Shown here in pieces: positions 1-14,141 of a stretch of DNA of 64,000 nucleotides (position 1 is the stretch's first letter; each line of letters starts with the position of its first letter). The position numbers and the translations under genes are program-made. The stretch is from Octopus bimaculoides (lineage: Eukaryota). The notes beneath the pieces are model-generated. The model saw nothing but the letters and a program-made list of their open reading frames with translations, was not told the DNA's origin and made no database searches. The stretch spans positions 23,890,568 to 23,954,567 of the forward strand of contig NC_069001.1 in NCBI RefSeq assembly GCF_001194135.2, written 5' to 3'.

Positions 1-131
1 TTGGGTAGTGCAATTGAGTTGATTAATCTCTGCTTGTTATTATTATTTAGGTCACCTTTGTTAAGCCACCTCCATGATGCTTCCTGGTCTTTTGATTTGT
101 TGGTTTCATGGAGGAACTGACCAGAATCGTT

Positions 132-417
132 GAGCTACAAGAATCGTTACCATGCTGAGCAAAATGTTTAGCGGTATTTCATCCGTCTTTACATTCTGAG
201 ATCAAATTCCACCAAGGTTGATTTTAGCCTTCATCCTTTCAGGGTCGATAAAATAAGTACCAGTTAAGCATTGGGGTCAATACAGTCAACTTGCCCCCAC
301 TCCATAAATTGCTAACCTTGTGCCATAATTCGAGACCATTATTATTATAATTATTACTATTATTATTATTATAATTATTACTATTATTATTATTATTATT
401 ATTATTATAATTATTAC

Positions 418-460
<43 letters not shown>
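132..460 (+). mobile_element. SINE family B copy with (ATT)n tail
   Basis: Family motifs GAGATCAAATTCC and GCCTTCATCCTTTCAGGGTCGATAAAATAAGTACCAG; tail expands into (ATT)n at 338-460, which explains the poly-Ile ORF. Confidence 0.8.
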
Positions 461-462
<2 letters not shown>

Positions 463-466
463 CTTT

Positions 467-700
467 AAGGCGGTGAGCTGGAGAATAGTTGGCATGCTGG
501 GCAAAATGCTTAGCAGTATCTCATCTATCTTTATGTTCTGAGTTCAAATTCTGCTGAGGTCAAGCTTGCCTTTCATCCTTTCAGGGTTGATAAAATAATT
601 ACCAGTTGAGCACTGGGGTTGATGTAATAGGCTTACTTCCTCCCTCGAAATTTCAGGCCTTGTGCCTATATTAGAAAGAATTATTATTATTGTTATTATT
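467..700 (+). mobile_element. SINE family B copy
   Basis: Head AAGGCGGTGAGCTGG, B-box-like GAGTTCAAATTC, same central motif, ATT tail. Confidence 0.8.
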
Positions 701-1486
701 TAAAACAGTTTGGTTCAGCCTCTTCTTACAGAAATCTGGCTTGTTGGGCTGAGTTAGTCAAATAAAGGAAGTCCAAGATGGGTACCAGAAACTGGGATGC
801 TATTTATTAAGTGATATTAGAAATGAAATTGACATTCAAGTGACCCCAAATGCATTAAAAAGGAAAATTTCTTGGCCCATGTAGCTGGACAGAAAACTGG
901 TGGCACCTAGCTGCCTGGTCAGCTTCTGAAGGTATTTGCAGGAAATCAAATACATGGCTGGTGAAGGTGTATATATGTATGTATATCAGCTGTATGAGTG
1001 CATAGATGTCGGTGTCTACTTATGGAAGTGTATCTGCTATACATGTGTATAAGGATGGTGGAGCCTGCGTTTAAGTTGCTTTCTAGATGAGGTCTGATAG
1101 CATCAGCTAGTTGATGCATGTGTGTGTGTTTGCTTGGGTAGACGTATGTAAGGGTGCAGGTGAGGGTCAGCTGTGTGTGAGTACATTATTTTCATTTTCC
1201 TTGTGTTTACTTTCCAGTTCTTCTGAGCTGGGTTTCACTCCAACAAATAAAAGCAAACTTTCTACTTAATATCAATTTCATGCCCCTTGTCTCAGTTCTG
1301 ATGCAACTCTGTCACCTTTATTGGTCATTAAAACTGACATGTTCATTTTGGTGACCCCTGATCATAGGTTACTTGTCATTAAATCAGCTTTTACTACATT
1401 CCCATACTGTGAGACAAAATACAGCTCTAGCCATGGGGCTACATTGTTTTCAATGTCTGTTATTTTGACTCTTATGTTTCTTGCAG

Positions 1487-1945
1487 TCATGGCTGTGTGG
1501 TAAGAAGTTTGCTTTCCAACTACATGGTTCTGGACNNNNNNNNNNTTCTACTACCAGTAGCATAGCATGTAAAAATTTAGTCCATACACTATATTCCCTT
1601 TGAAGTTTTATCCCTAATAGTGGTTTGGAACTTAGCTGTTCTTTCTAGTGTGCAAGGAATCCTATGATGGATACCTCTTATGTGTTTAAATGTACAATGT
1701 ATTTATATATATATATGTGTGTGTCTGTCTTTGTATCTGTGTTTGTCCCCCCACCACTGCTTGACAACTTAGTGTCGATGTCTTTACATCAACTTAGCAG
1801 TTTAGCAAAAGAGATAAATAGCATAAGCCACTGGCTTAAAAATAGCAAGTATTGGGGTCGATTCATTGGGTGAAAAATTCTTCAAAGCAGTGCTCCAGCA
1901 TGGCTGCAGTCTGATGACTGAAACAAGTAAAAAAAATAAAAGTCA
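1487..1945 (+). mobile_element. SINE family A, diverged, broken by a small gap
   Basis: Head TGGCTGTGTGGTAAG and family 3' half ending GACTGAAACAAGTAAAA. Confidence 0.65.
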
Positions 1946-2506
1946 AAGATACTGCAGCATAGGTGCACCTGACAATTCCAGCCTGTATTTTAGTTACCTT
2001 TTCAGTTATAGAGATACAGCAAATAGTGCCAACATTTTTACCTATTTCAATTGAAATAATTTATTCTAATATCTCCTGGAGAATTTGTTGTACTTCTTGA
2101 CATGACAAAAAATTTAACTCTCTTCTATCCTTTTTTCTAAGAGAAATTACATAATTTTTCTCTTCACCCCACCCCAACTTTTGTGCCAAAAATATATTGT
2201 TGGGTTTTACAAAATTCTCCTTTTCATATATTTCTCTTGTAGCTGTGACAAGTCCATAAACTCTATCTGTTCATTTTGAATTGAGAGAAAGTTTGTATCC
2301 ACACAGCTGCTCTATGAATGGACTGTAATATTTGAAATTGTGTAAGAGTTATTTCTTCTACTCTTATGGTTGTTGTTACAGTCACTGCTTGCCAAAATAT
2401 TTATTTGAGTATTTAGAAAACTTTCTTCTATTAATTGTTCTCTAAACTGTCCATTTTTATCTCCTTCCTCTTGCTTATTTAGTTGTTTGCTTTGATTTTT
2501 GTGTTA

Positions 2507-2541
<35 letters not shown>

Positions 2542-3072
2542 TCTGGCTATTGAATTATTTTGTTGTGTTGTATAATTGTGTGGAAGCCATTTTAGATTTT
2601 GCACACGTAAATAAAAGTATAAACGTTTATAAAACAAAATAAACCACGATTTTTTGTTTTTTAATCTGCCCCATGGATATTGAGGAGAGACTATGTTTAG
2701 TAATTGTAGTTCTTTTTGCTTTTCACAAGTACTCCAAAAAAAATTTCATCTGTAATCCTCCAAGAATTTGTATTTTGAAGGAAAAATGTTTTCAAAAGTT
2801 ACATCATAGCACTGTAAGAGAACAAACATACTGCTGCTGCTGCTACTACTACTACTACTATAATAGCAATAATAATAATAATAATAATAATAATGATAAT
2901 AATAATAATGGTATCAAATTTTGGGACAAGGCCCACAGTTTCAGGGGAAGTTGATTACATCGACCCCAAGGCTCTACTAGTCCTTCTCTTATTAATAAAC
3001 ACAGACATACACGTATATATATATATCGTCATCATTATCATTGTTTAATGTCCATCTTCCATGCATGCATGG

Positions 3073-3105
<33 letters not shown>

Positions 3106-3128
3106 CGATGGGATTCCACGCAGTTTCC

Positions 3129-3361
3129 TATTTCTTTATTACCCACAAGGGGCTAAACATAGAGGGAACAAACAAGGACAGACAAAGGGATTAAGTTAAT
3201 TACATTGACTTCAGTACGTAACTGGTACTTAATTTATCGACCCCGAAAGGATGAAAGGCAAAGTTGACCTCGGGGGAATTTGAACTCAGAACGTCACAGG
3301 AGACGAAATACTGCTAAGCATTTCGCCCGGCGTGCTAACATTTCTGCCAGCTTGTCACCCT
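3129..3361 (-). mobile_element. SINE family B nested in a minus-strand family A copy
   Basis: CAGTTTCC repeated at 3121-3128 and 3362-3369 (candidate TSD); family A sequence resumes on both sides. Confidence 0.8.
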
Positions 3362-3803
3362 CAGTTTCCATTGACCAATTAGCTCACACAGCATTCGTCA
3401 GCCCAGGCCTATGGGAGACGGCACTTGCCCAAAGTGCTACACAGTGGGACTCAACCTGAAACCACATGGTTGCAAATTGAATTTCTTAGAAGTGAACCAC
3501 GCCTGCACTAAGAGAAAGATACTTACATAAACCATGCATGTGGGGAATTGTGCACAGGTTACATTAAGGAGATCAAATCTTATAAAGACACATCTAATCA
3601 TCATGTAACGTTCATTTTCCATGCTGGCATGGGTTGGACAGTTTGACAAGAGCTGACAAGCCAGAGAGCTGGACTAGGCTCCATTGTTTACTTTGGGATC
3701 ATTTCTATGGCTGGATGCCCTTCCTCATGCAAACTACTTTACAGAGTGTACTGGATGGTTTTTGTGTGGCACCAGCCATATATATATGTGTGTGTGTGTG
3801 TGC

Positions 3804-3983
3804 TCTTCAAAAGAAGGTTATGATGATTGTTTGGTGGTGAACTGCTGGACTCATCCACTATAACTTCTTAAAACCTGGAAAAACCATTACTGCAGAAATA
3901 TATTGACATGAAATTGCCAAAATGAATGAAAAACTGCTACTTCTCCATCCAAGACTGGTCAACAGAAGAGAGCCAATCATTGG
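3804..3983 (+). mobile_element. mariner transposase fragment
   Basis: Translates QKKVMMIVWW*TAGLIHYNFLKPGKTITAEIY*HEIAKMNEKL..LVNRREPII, matching the mariner KVM-VWW-G-IHY-L-PG-TIT block; has stop codons. Confidence 0.75.
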
Positions 3984-5189
3984 ATTGGATTTGGTAGACA
4001 GAAACTGAAGGAAGCCCCAACCTCTATGTATATATATCTATGTGTATGTGTCTTTGCATCTGTGTTTGTCCCTCCGCTATCACTTGACAAGTGATGGTGT
4101 GTTTTTTGCACCAATAACTTAGCGGGACTGAACCTGGAACCATTTCAAACCACTCAGCCATACCTGCAATTGTTAGACATGGTGCATAGCCTGGGAATAC
4201 ATGCATGATATTATAAATGTATATAATCGCAGTATGAGTATAATTCGTCCATAACCAAGCTCGTCTTATGATTTACTCATTTTACAAATCTATTTTCCCC
4301 ATTGAAATTAACTAAAATATAATTAATCTGTTCCAGCCCACCAAGACCAATCAAAAATAATTTTCTATTGGTTTTAAAACAGAAATGGTGTAGTTACAAG
4401 TAAAATGACAATTATAAAAAAGAGAATGTAAAACAAATATGTAAACTAGTTTTATTCACGGAATTACCTTAAAGGTGGGATGATTTGTATGCTCATGCTG
4501 TAGATATCCGCTCGTATTTCAAGACAAAAATTTGGACGGGTCTTGGCTTGTACAGTAAATTATTTATACAATTAGACACTTGTACTGTGAGGTTCTGTTG
4601 TATATATATATATATTTATATGTGTAGGTGTCTTTGTGTTTGTTCTCACTACTTATCAACTGGTGTTGGTTTGTTTACATCCCTGTAACTTAATTGTTTG
4701 GCAAAAGTGACCAATGAAATAAGTACCAGATTTAAATGAAAAAATTACTGGGGTTGATTCATTTCATCAAACCCATCAAGGCAATGCCCCAGCATGGCCA
4801 CAGTCCAATGACTGAAACCTGCAAAAGGTAGGAAGCAACAGGTATATGACATGATGGTCATGACTGGATCTTCTTTGAGCATAGTACTGCTCAATGAAGA
4901 TTGACCTGGGTCCAATAACAATAACCATAAAGTGTGTAGATGGATGTATTGAAAGTGAGCCAAGCCTCAAATGATTAAAAAAAGAAAAGAAAAAGAGACA
5001 GCAGAAACGTTGAGCTCAGACAATGTCTGAACATGACAGGATGATAAAAGTTTGGTGTTGTACAAACTAATAGAAGAATGAATTGCCAAAGAAGAAAAAT
5101 GTTGGCTAAGAAAAGTTTAAATCCCAGCAGAATATATAATATTATTGGCTGATGTACCTATGTATGTTATGTGGTTAAATGGATAGCTA

Positions 5190-5373
5190 GAAGGAGAGTG
5201 AGAGTGGGGAGAGAAAGGGTGAGAGGGAAAGAGAGAGGGGTGAAAAAAGGAGAGAGAGGAGGAGAGAGTGAAGGAGAGAGAGGAAAGAATAGCATTTAGC
5301 AGAGGTTGTGTGGTAATAGTGAGAGGTTGAAGGGTTGAAGGAAAGGAAAACTATTGTGTAGTTAATGGTTAGT

Positions 5374-5415
<42 letters not shown>

Positions 5416-5560
5416 GGAGTGTATAGCAGAAGCAGTGTAGGAGGAAGGATTGTGGTAGCAGTGAGAGGTAAGAAAAAAAGGGACACAATTATGCTTTGTG
5501 GTTAAATGGTTAGTAAAAGGAAGGGGTAAAAAGAGAGAGAAAGAGAGAGACAAGTGTGTT
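5190..5560. repeat. Purine-rich (GA)n low-complexity tract
   Basis: GAGA/GGAGA runs; source of the SLSLSL ORFs. Confidence 0.85.
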
Positions 5561-5649
5561 TACCAGAGAGGACAGAGTAGTGGTCAGAGGTAGGAGAAAG
5601 AGAACATTATTTGCAGATAATAAACATGCTCACTCATAAACACATTTGA

Positions 5650-6037
5650 TACAGTGGTTGCAAATTTTGGCACAAGGCCAGCAATGTCTGGGGAGTGGTT
5701 GAATCAATTATGCCGATTCTAGTGCTCAACCGGTAATTATTTTATCGACCCTGAAAGGATAAAAGGCAAAGTAAATATTGGTGAAATTTGAACTCAGAAT
5801 GTAAAGGCAGATGAAATGCTACCACTAAGCATTTTGCACAGCATGCTAACGGTTCTGTTAGCTTGCCACCTTAGGGAACAGCTATAATAATGGTTTCAAA
5901 TTTTGGCCCAAGACCAGCAATATCAGGAGTGGGGTAAATCAATTACATCGACCCCAGTACTCAACTGGTACTGATTTTAACGATCCCAAAAGGATGAAAG
6001 GCAAAGCTGATCTCAGCAGAATTTAAACTCAGAATAT
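5650..6037 (-). mobile_element. Two adjacent family B copies
   Basis: Reverse complement of the family B motif twice (ATCGACCCTGAAAGGATAAAAGGC; AACGATCCCAAAAGGATGAAAGGC). Confidence 0.7.
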
Positions 6038-6419
6038 TGTTGGCACTCTGTCGCTTACGACGTCGAGGATTTCAGTTGAACCGATCAACGGAACAGCCTG
6101 CTCGTGAAATTGACGTGCAAGTGGCTGAGCACTCCACAGACACATGTACCCTTAACGTAGTTATCGGGGATATACAGCATGACACAGTGTGACAAGGCTG
6201 ACCCTTTGAATTACAGGCAGAACAGAAACAGGAAGTAAGACTGAGAGAAAGTTGTGGTGAAAGAGTACAGCAGGGTTTGCCACCATCCCCTGCCAGAGCC
6301 TCATGGAGCTTTAGGTGTTTTCGGTCAATAAACACTCACAACGCCCCGTCTGGGAATCGAAACTGCGATCCTATGACCGTGAGTCCACTGCCCTAACCAC
6401 TGGGCCATTGCGCCTCCAC
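6038..6419 (-). mobile_element. tRNA-headed SINE family D nested in a family B copy
   Basis: Minus-strand head GGCGCAATGGCCCAGTGGTTAGGGC..GTTTCGATTCCC (A and B boxes); TCAGAATAT at 6029-6037 and 6422-6430 (TSD); family B resumes afterwards. Confidence 0.8.
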
Positions 6420-7870
6420 ATTCAGAATATAAAGACAGACAAAATGCCATTATGCATTTTATATGTAGTGCTAATGATTCTACCAGCTTGCTGCCTTAGC
6501 AATGAGGACTATAATAAACGGTATAGCTGTGGTAGCATCATTGATATGTTTATTGGTTAATCATTGTGGCAGCATGGTTTCTAAGTGGGATAAGACAAAG
6601 ACTGTAATTCTCTTTTAATGAACTATTTTTTTTTTAATTGTCAATCACTTAACACCTGTGCTTTAGCGTAATTGCTTGTCATCTGTTAATTCTTTAACAA
6701 CAAAGTCATATAGTTGTTTAATATTATCGACAGCTTATATCTTTATTTTGTTATAGAGCAGAGGTTCTCAATGTAGGTGGTACCACCCCCGCAAGGATGC
6801 GCTTGGAAATGGAGGAGCCATTGGGCTTTATGGGGCAGTGAGGCAACATAATTAACATACTGAATTTTATTTATCATAGTAATTATATTATATGCAGGAT
6901 TCATTGTGGCATCAATTTCTAACTAAGCAATTAAATAAATTTGTAATAAGTCAAAGAGGAGATTTATAACTTCTTTTGACTAACATCAAACCTGATGTAG
7001 GGAATTTAGCCAGATCTCATCAGGCAGAAGGAAGTCATTAACTTGCAATGTACAAAGTAAATTTACCACTTTTGTCTTTATTAATTCTTTATCATTCCAC
7101 TGCTAGAAGCTTAATTGACATGGCAACCAAATACTTTGAAGCGACCAGAAGAGAAAAGGAAGAAATGATATGAAAAGAGAGAAAGGCTTAACAAAATTAA
7201 CCTCATCTTCTATCAGCATTACCATGTAGTCGATGCCATTGACTTACCAATGCTACAATTGGTTTACTTAGTTGTTAATACCATTACCGTAAAAGAAGCA
7301 TTCAGTGTAGAAGAAATTAAATTCTTGGATATGAGTTAAAGCTGACGTGTAAGCCTTCCCCCATGCATCTTCTCAATTTCCACTGCAGGCAATATTTTTA
7401 TGAAAACAAATGTTGAAATAATTATGATACAAATATTTGTTTAAAAGCCACCAACTGGTCAGTGGTCTGCATATCTTCTGTCTTTTAGTTATTTCAGTCA
7501 CTGGACTGTGGCCAGGTTGGAGCTCTGCCTTGAAGGGTATAGATGAATTAATCAAACCCAGTACTTATTTTTAAGTCTGATATTTACTCTATTGGATGTG
7601 CTTTGCTGAACTGCTAGGTCACAGAGATGTAAAATAAACTAACACCAGTGGTCAAGCGATAGTGGAGGACAAACACAATTATACTTACACATACATACTC
7701 ACATGTATATCATCATGATCATTACGATGATCATCATCATTTAATACCTGTGGTCCATGCTGACATGGGTTGGACCTGAGCTGGCAAGCTGGGGTTAGGG
7801 GGCTGCACAAGACACCCATCTGATTTGGCATGGTTTCTGCACACACACTCACACACGTACAAATATATAT

Positions 7871-7902
<32 letters not shown>

Positions 7903-9344
7903 ACAACAGCAACAACATTTTAACGTTTATTTTCCACACTGGCATGGGTTTGCATGACTTGACATGAACTGGCAAGGCTAGGGACCACACAAGGTTCCAT
8001 AGTCTGTTTTGATTTGGTTTCTACAGCTGGATGCCCTTCCTAATGTCAACTACTTTTCAGGCTGTACTGGATACTTTTATGTAACACCACCCCCAGTGCT
8101 TTTTCCATGACTGCAGCACCCACACCACTACGTTTTACATAACACCTTGGCTTTAGAATCTCAATTGTGTTGAGATGTTTCGGATTTCTTGAGTACAGCA
8201 ATGTGCCACATTTCTTGGCACAATGGCAGACAAAAAAATATAAGAAGGATATAAACCTATAGTAGGAAGAAATTTTATAAATTCTTTGGGTTTCTTAAGA
8301 TTTTGTTTTCATCTACATTCTAAAATATCATCTAGACATACTAAATTTGTTTCTAGTTCTTTTTCCTCTCAACCACCCCCATCCATGCTCTGTTTGGTTG
8401 TTATTTGTGGGGTTTGTTTCCATTATTATATTACACCATGTTCTTTTTTTTTTTTTTTTGCAATAATTTAGTCTCTTCAGTTCTTCATCATTTTAGACAT
8501 TTTTTATGTGTTTTACTTTTCTTATTTTTTCAGTACTTGAAGTTCATTTCTTATATTACTTCCTTTGCCAAAATTCTTCCCATCCTCTGAATTAATTTTG
8601 TTGTTGTTGTCGTTGTCATTGTTGTTGTTCTTCTTTTTCTTCTTCATCTTCTTCTTCTTATTCTTCCTAACTAGTGCTTTTTTTTATGCCATCTCCAAAA
8701 TAAAGACACACACACACACACACACAAACACACTAAATATCAATAATGCCAGTATTATTTACCATTATCCAAACTCTGCTGGAACTTCTGTATAAACAGA
8801 GAAATAACCATGAGGATTATGATGCTGATGATGATACGATCAGCATCATCGCCACCACCTCCATCTCCACCACCATCATCATTCATATACAATTTTTTTT
8901 TAATCAAAAGTATAATGTAATATAACAATAATTTTTTTTTTTCTGGGTTGAGGGCAAGGAAGGATGGTCTTGTTATCCCAGTTCTCTAAATTCCCAGAGT
9001 TCTAGAAGTTCAATGCAGACCTTTTATTGCGTTGTTTATTCAGTTCATACACATAGACATTCACGCATATATACCCACATATATATAGTGTAAAAGATAC
9101 CGATTTCATAAACAGAGACACGCAGACACATTTGTTTGCATACAAAAATATTATATCTATACATTTGCATATGTGCATACACATATATACGTGTGTATGC
9201 AGATACAAACAAACGCACATGCATATATATAGTATGTGTGTAAGTATATATGTATATATATATATGCATATATATATATATATATATATGTATGTATACG
9301 TGTGTGTGTGTGTATGCTTGTATGTATGTGCATGTATGTATATA

Positions 9345-9383
<39 letters not shown>

Positions 9384-10759
9384 GCATATATATATATGTA
9401 TGTATGTGTATATATATGCATATATATACATACATATATATATATATATATATNNNNNNNNNNNNNNNNNNNNNNNNNNNNNNNNNNNNNNNNNNNNNNN
9501 NNNNNNNNNNNNNNNNNNNNNNNNNNNNNNNNNNNNNNNNNNNNNNNNNNNNNNNNNNNNNNNNNNNNNNNNNNNNNNNNNNNNNNNNNNNNNNNNNNNN
9601 NNNNNNNNNNNNNNNNNNNNNNNNNNNNNNNNNNNNNNNNNNNNNNNNNNNNNNNNNNNNNNNNNNNNNNNNNNNNNNNNNNNNNNNNNNNNNNNNNNNN
9701 NNNNNNNNNNNNNNNNNNNNNNNNNNNNNNNNNNNNNNNNNNNNNNNNNNNNNNNNNNNNNNNNNNNNNNNNNNNNNNNNNNNNNNNNNNNNNNNNNNNN
9801 NNNNNNNNNNNNNNNNNNNNNNNNNNNNNNNNNNNNNNNNNNNNNNNNNNNNNNNNNNNNNNNNNNNNNNNNNNNNNNNNNNNNNNNNNNNNNNNNNNNN
9901 NNNNNNNNNNNNNNNNNNNNNNNNNNNNNNNNNNNNNNNNNNNNNNNNNNNNNNNNNNNNNNNNNNNNNNNNNNNNNNNNNNNNNNNNNNNNNNNNNNNN
10001 NNNNNNNNNNNNNNNNNNNNNNNNNNNNNNNNNNNNNNNNNNNNNNNNNNNNNNNNNNNNNNNNNNNNNNNNNNNNNNNNNNNNNNNNNNNNNNNNNNNN
10101 NNNNNNNNNNNNNNNNNNNNNNNNNNNNNNNNNNNNNNNNNNNNNNNNNNNNNNNNNNNNNNNNNNNNNNNNNNNNNNNNNNNNNNNNNNNNNNNNNNNN
10201 NNNNNNNNNNNNNNTCTGTACGTGTGTGTGTCTGCCTGCCTTTACCTTTCTCATTTCTCTATTTCTAAATAATAAAATTACTATATTTTTTCTTTTTTCA
10301 TTTTCTTTTCATTACATGCTTTTTTTCTTACTGTGTTCGTTTTTCAATCCCCCCCCCCACACACTTTATTCTGCACACACTGTTTCCTTAGTTTATTGAA
10401 CTCAGTAGACAATAACGTAAGTTAGTTTAATGAAATTTTCCGTATAAAACTGTTTAATCTGTATTTCCAGTTTTGTTATTGTAATAGTCATTGTTGTTGT
10501 TATTGTTGTTGTTATTGTAGTTATTACTTAGCCCAAAGTCACTCCTCACTGAGCAGACCTATGAACAAAGCCTTCTGGCCTTCTCTCTCCTCTCTTATAT
10601 TTAAGAATAGCGTGTCGCCACCAGCAACATTTATCCAATACCTTCATCTTGGTGTTTGTCTCTCTTAAATGGTAGTTTATTGTTTGGGGGACATTTAGCT
10701 TGTAACTTCTAGTAAGTTGACTAACCAAGGAGTTGCACCCTTGCTGTAATATTAATATC

Positions 10760-11160
10760 TAGATGTGTTTTCATCATGACCCTTTGAATACAAATAGGCA
10801 AAGGGCCATGGTGAATGCTTTTCACACAAGAAACCTGAGGAAAATATATCAGATATCCTATAACGACTAAGTTTCCAATGACACTTTGTACCAAATGGCT
10901 GATGAAAAGCAAATGAGCTCAAGGATAAAGGAACACTTACTGAAACGGATTGGTCACCAACTGTAACACCCATCCAATGAATGCTTTCGACAGTGCTTGC
11001 TGCTTGACACTCTACAAGGTGGAGAGCACAAGAGGAAATGACCAAGAATGACTTATGATTTGTACAGACTGTGTGATGTCACTCAATGAAATACTTTTAG
11101 CAACTGAAGATGGAAATGAGTGGAAAGCCTTAGAAGACTATGTCTGCCAATGACTGACTA
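10760..11160 (+). mobile_element. Degenerate RTE-type LINE ORF2 C-terminal fragment
   Basis: AMVNAFHTRNLRKIYQISYND*VSNDTLYQMADEKQMSSRIKEHLLKRIGH resembles the RTE AFH-R-LR-I..VSN..LY..LRW-GH block. Confidence 0.45.
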
Positions 11161-11630
11161 TGCCCTTCGCCACTCCCTATTATTCATATTTCTTTGCTGA
11201 ATTTTGAATGATAAATATTGATTGACGTTGTACTCTAGCCGCAGTCAGGCCAATGCTTTGTGAATGAATGTGGTAGGCCAGCTCGAGGCCCTTTTTCCGC
11301 TGCTGTTCCATTGACCCAAATGCCAGGGAGACAGTAACCAAGGACTGCCCAAAGTGGTGGCATGTCACGCTCAAGGAAGTGAATCAGATGGAAAATAACG
11401 GGTGTGAAGAGGCAGAGATCAGACATAGAAAATGTAAAGAGTGAATGCACTGTCTCATCTCCCACCAACCCTCCTGCGATACTTGTCCCCTGGTTCTTCT
11501 ATACCACCCTTAGCCTGAACAGCCACCTCAGGAACTTGTGCTGTTTGCACCCATCAGGATGAAGAGGCTCAATTGTTCACTGTTAATTAACTACTCAGAT
11601 ATGAGTTGATGTTGTCAGTGCTGCCAATCT

Positions 11631-12010
11631 ATGTATGCGTATATGTATGTATGTATGTATTTATTCATGCATGCATTTACGTATGTGTGTGTTTATGTGT
11701 GTATGTATGTGTGTGCATGTATGTGTGTCTGTCCGTGTGTTAGTGTGTGTGTGTGGTGTCTGTATATGTCTGTGTGTGTTTGCCAATGTATGTATGTATG
11801 TATGTACGTACGTATGTATGTGTGTATGTATGTGTGTCTGTCTGTGTGTTAGTGTGTGTGTATGTGTGTGTGTGGTGTCTGTATATGTCTGTGTGTGTCT
11901 GCCAATGTATGTATGTATGTATGTATGTATGCATGTGTTTATGTGTGTATGTATGTGTGTGTGTCTGTTTGTGTGTTTGTGTGGTGTCTGTATATGTCTG
12001 TGTGTTTCTG
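11631..12010. repeat. Compound TG/TATG microsatellite with a higher-order unit
   Basis: Marker GTGTGGTGTCTGTATATGTCTGTGTG occurs three times about 115-120 bp apart. Confidence 0.85.
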
Positions 12011-12049
12011 GAACCCTTGTTGTCATAACCAATGAAGTGCCAATATGTT

Positions 12050-12290
12050 CCTGTCTATTTCTTAACTGCTCCTTATTTTTTACTCAGTCTACTTTGAGGC
12101 TTTTTACTTCTAAGTTTTGTCCCCACATTTGGAATTTCTCTTCAAATTCCACAACAGATTCAACTTTGTGAATGATGTTGTCAGGACATAGGAATACCCA
12201 TGGGCAGCTAATCTTAAGCTCCTTTATTATGACATAGGGGATAATAGTAAATAAAAGAGGACTAAGACCTGAACCCTAATGGACACCTAG
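12050..12290 (-). mobile_element. RTE reverse transcriptase fragment
   Basis: GVH*GSGLSPLLFTIIPYVIIKELKISCPWVFLCPDNIIHKVESVVEFEEKFQMWGQNLEVKSLKVD matches the RTE GVHQGSxLSPLLF..GCPWELLYADD region. Confidence 0.75.
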
Positions 12291-14141
12291 CTGCTCCCTG
12301 CAAATTCATTACTCTATTTATTGCTGATCCTTATCTGACAGCATTTCTGTTTGTGGTTTGCATATCCCTAACAGAACATTCCCATTATTTTGTTTTTGTT
12401 TTCAGGGCATTAAGGACAAAATGGATGGTAATATCAGTTGATGTTGTTTAATAATGAATACAAATAATTTAGGTTTGTTTGAAATGTTGACTGCATCCCA
12501 AAGAAGCACCCAGAAAAATAAGGATATGGTAAATATCAGAGAAAAAGTATTGTAACAAGTTTGCCAATTGTAGCAACTTGGAAGGCTTGTTTATGTGTTT
12601 TGGAACATAATTTCTTTGCTACATTAACCATAAAGTGTTCATGCAATACAAGAAAAGGAACATTCAGATGAAACAACATATATGACAAATGCACAAAGTA
12701 TTTGTTAGAAATTGAGCATTTGAGCTAATTATTACACACCAAACACAGTGCTTTAGTGTGTCTTCTTCAATCATTCCAGGTTGAATATGCAGCTGTGAAA
12801 ACAGCTGAGGAAAGTGGATGCCAGTGGGAATTGATCAATCTGAGAGTGACAAGAGTGGAGAATGTCTTGGCAGCTCAGACGTCTTGACACTCTGCAAAAT
12901 TTGACTGTATTTATAGGCTGTGTTAATGGAAAATCTAGACAAGCCACTGAACTGTCATGTGAAAAACAGCCATTGATTGGATAACAATTAGGTTTGTGGA
13001 CATGATAGGAATATGATTTCTATGTGGCAAAATGTGGCATTGATTCCAATTGCTACAATATCAAACACAAGACTTAAGCACATTTTTTTATTAAAAATCC
13101 CCACCCTTACTCCCACCCCACCAAGTTAGACCTGTTTGCCATTCTTAGTCAATGTATTTTGGAGAAAGGAGAATGTATCATTGATATCCATGAAACTCTC
13201 TCAATAAAGCTGCTTATTTAAGATGGCCACTAAAATATGGCAATGAAATAATTTATGAATTATTTAAATGACATATAATAATGAGAAGGTAATAAAAGAA
13301 TTGATGGTAATGAAATACAGCAAATGAGATGATAATAAAAAAGCTAATAAAATGAAGCAATATAAGATGGTAATAAAAGGAATGATAAAAATATTTAAAA
13401 TGAAGGAAACCACTGAGAGTAAATGAGGTACTTGTTAACTCTGAATTCAAAGTATGAGAACTTAGAGGAGAGACACATTGAAGCAAAAAAAAAAAAAAAA
13501 AAGAAATGCTATTTTTGATAAGGTTATGCTTACAAAGTCTTGGTTTTCAGCACATTGTAAGTAATAACCCATTGATGCTCCCGCTGTCTATTCTAGTGAT
13601 ACTACTATGATCTCTGCTTCACTGAACTAGTAATTTATTTGTATGGGAGAATTCACAAAAAAAACAACAGATGAAGACAGGTGGTGTAAACAACAAATGG
13701 ATGTATTAGTATAATGCTCGGGAATAGAGAAAGTCTTTAATGTTTTGAGCCTACGCTCTTCAGCAGAAAGTACCTATCTACTGATAATTTATTTTTAACT
13801 CTTCCTGGGAATCCCTTCATGTAGCTCCCTTTCCCTTTATTTGTCTATCTTATTGTACACTATCCTTTTCCTTAATTATGCTGCCCATGCCTTTTAATTA
13901 AGAACCCTACTCATTTGGAACTCTTCATATCTGTTCCACTATCAACTTCTTAAGCATTCGATTACAAATCTGTCTTTCTTTGCCCTCTTCCTCGAAGACT
14001 CTCAACACATTATTAACTTTACTCTGTGCTCTTAAGCAAATAAGAAACTAGTTCTTTTAATTCCTGGCATCAGGGACATTCCAAGAGTGAAGAAGTACAT
14101 TAATTGTGGCTTGAAAATTGTGAAGAAAATATAAACAATAA

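Noticed and set aside
6759-6860. hAT-like terminus CAGAGGTTCTCAA, and CAGTGTTTCCCAACC near 52376
   Set aside because: No convincing second TIR or 8-bp TSD
9002-10399. Long ORFs of 128-387 aa, and similar ones at 19-21, 29, 44 and 61 kb
   Set aside because: Translations of TA/TG microsatellites and N runs
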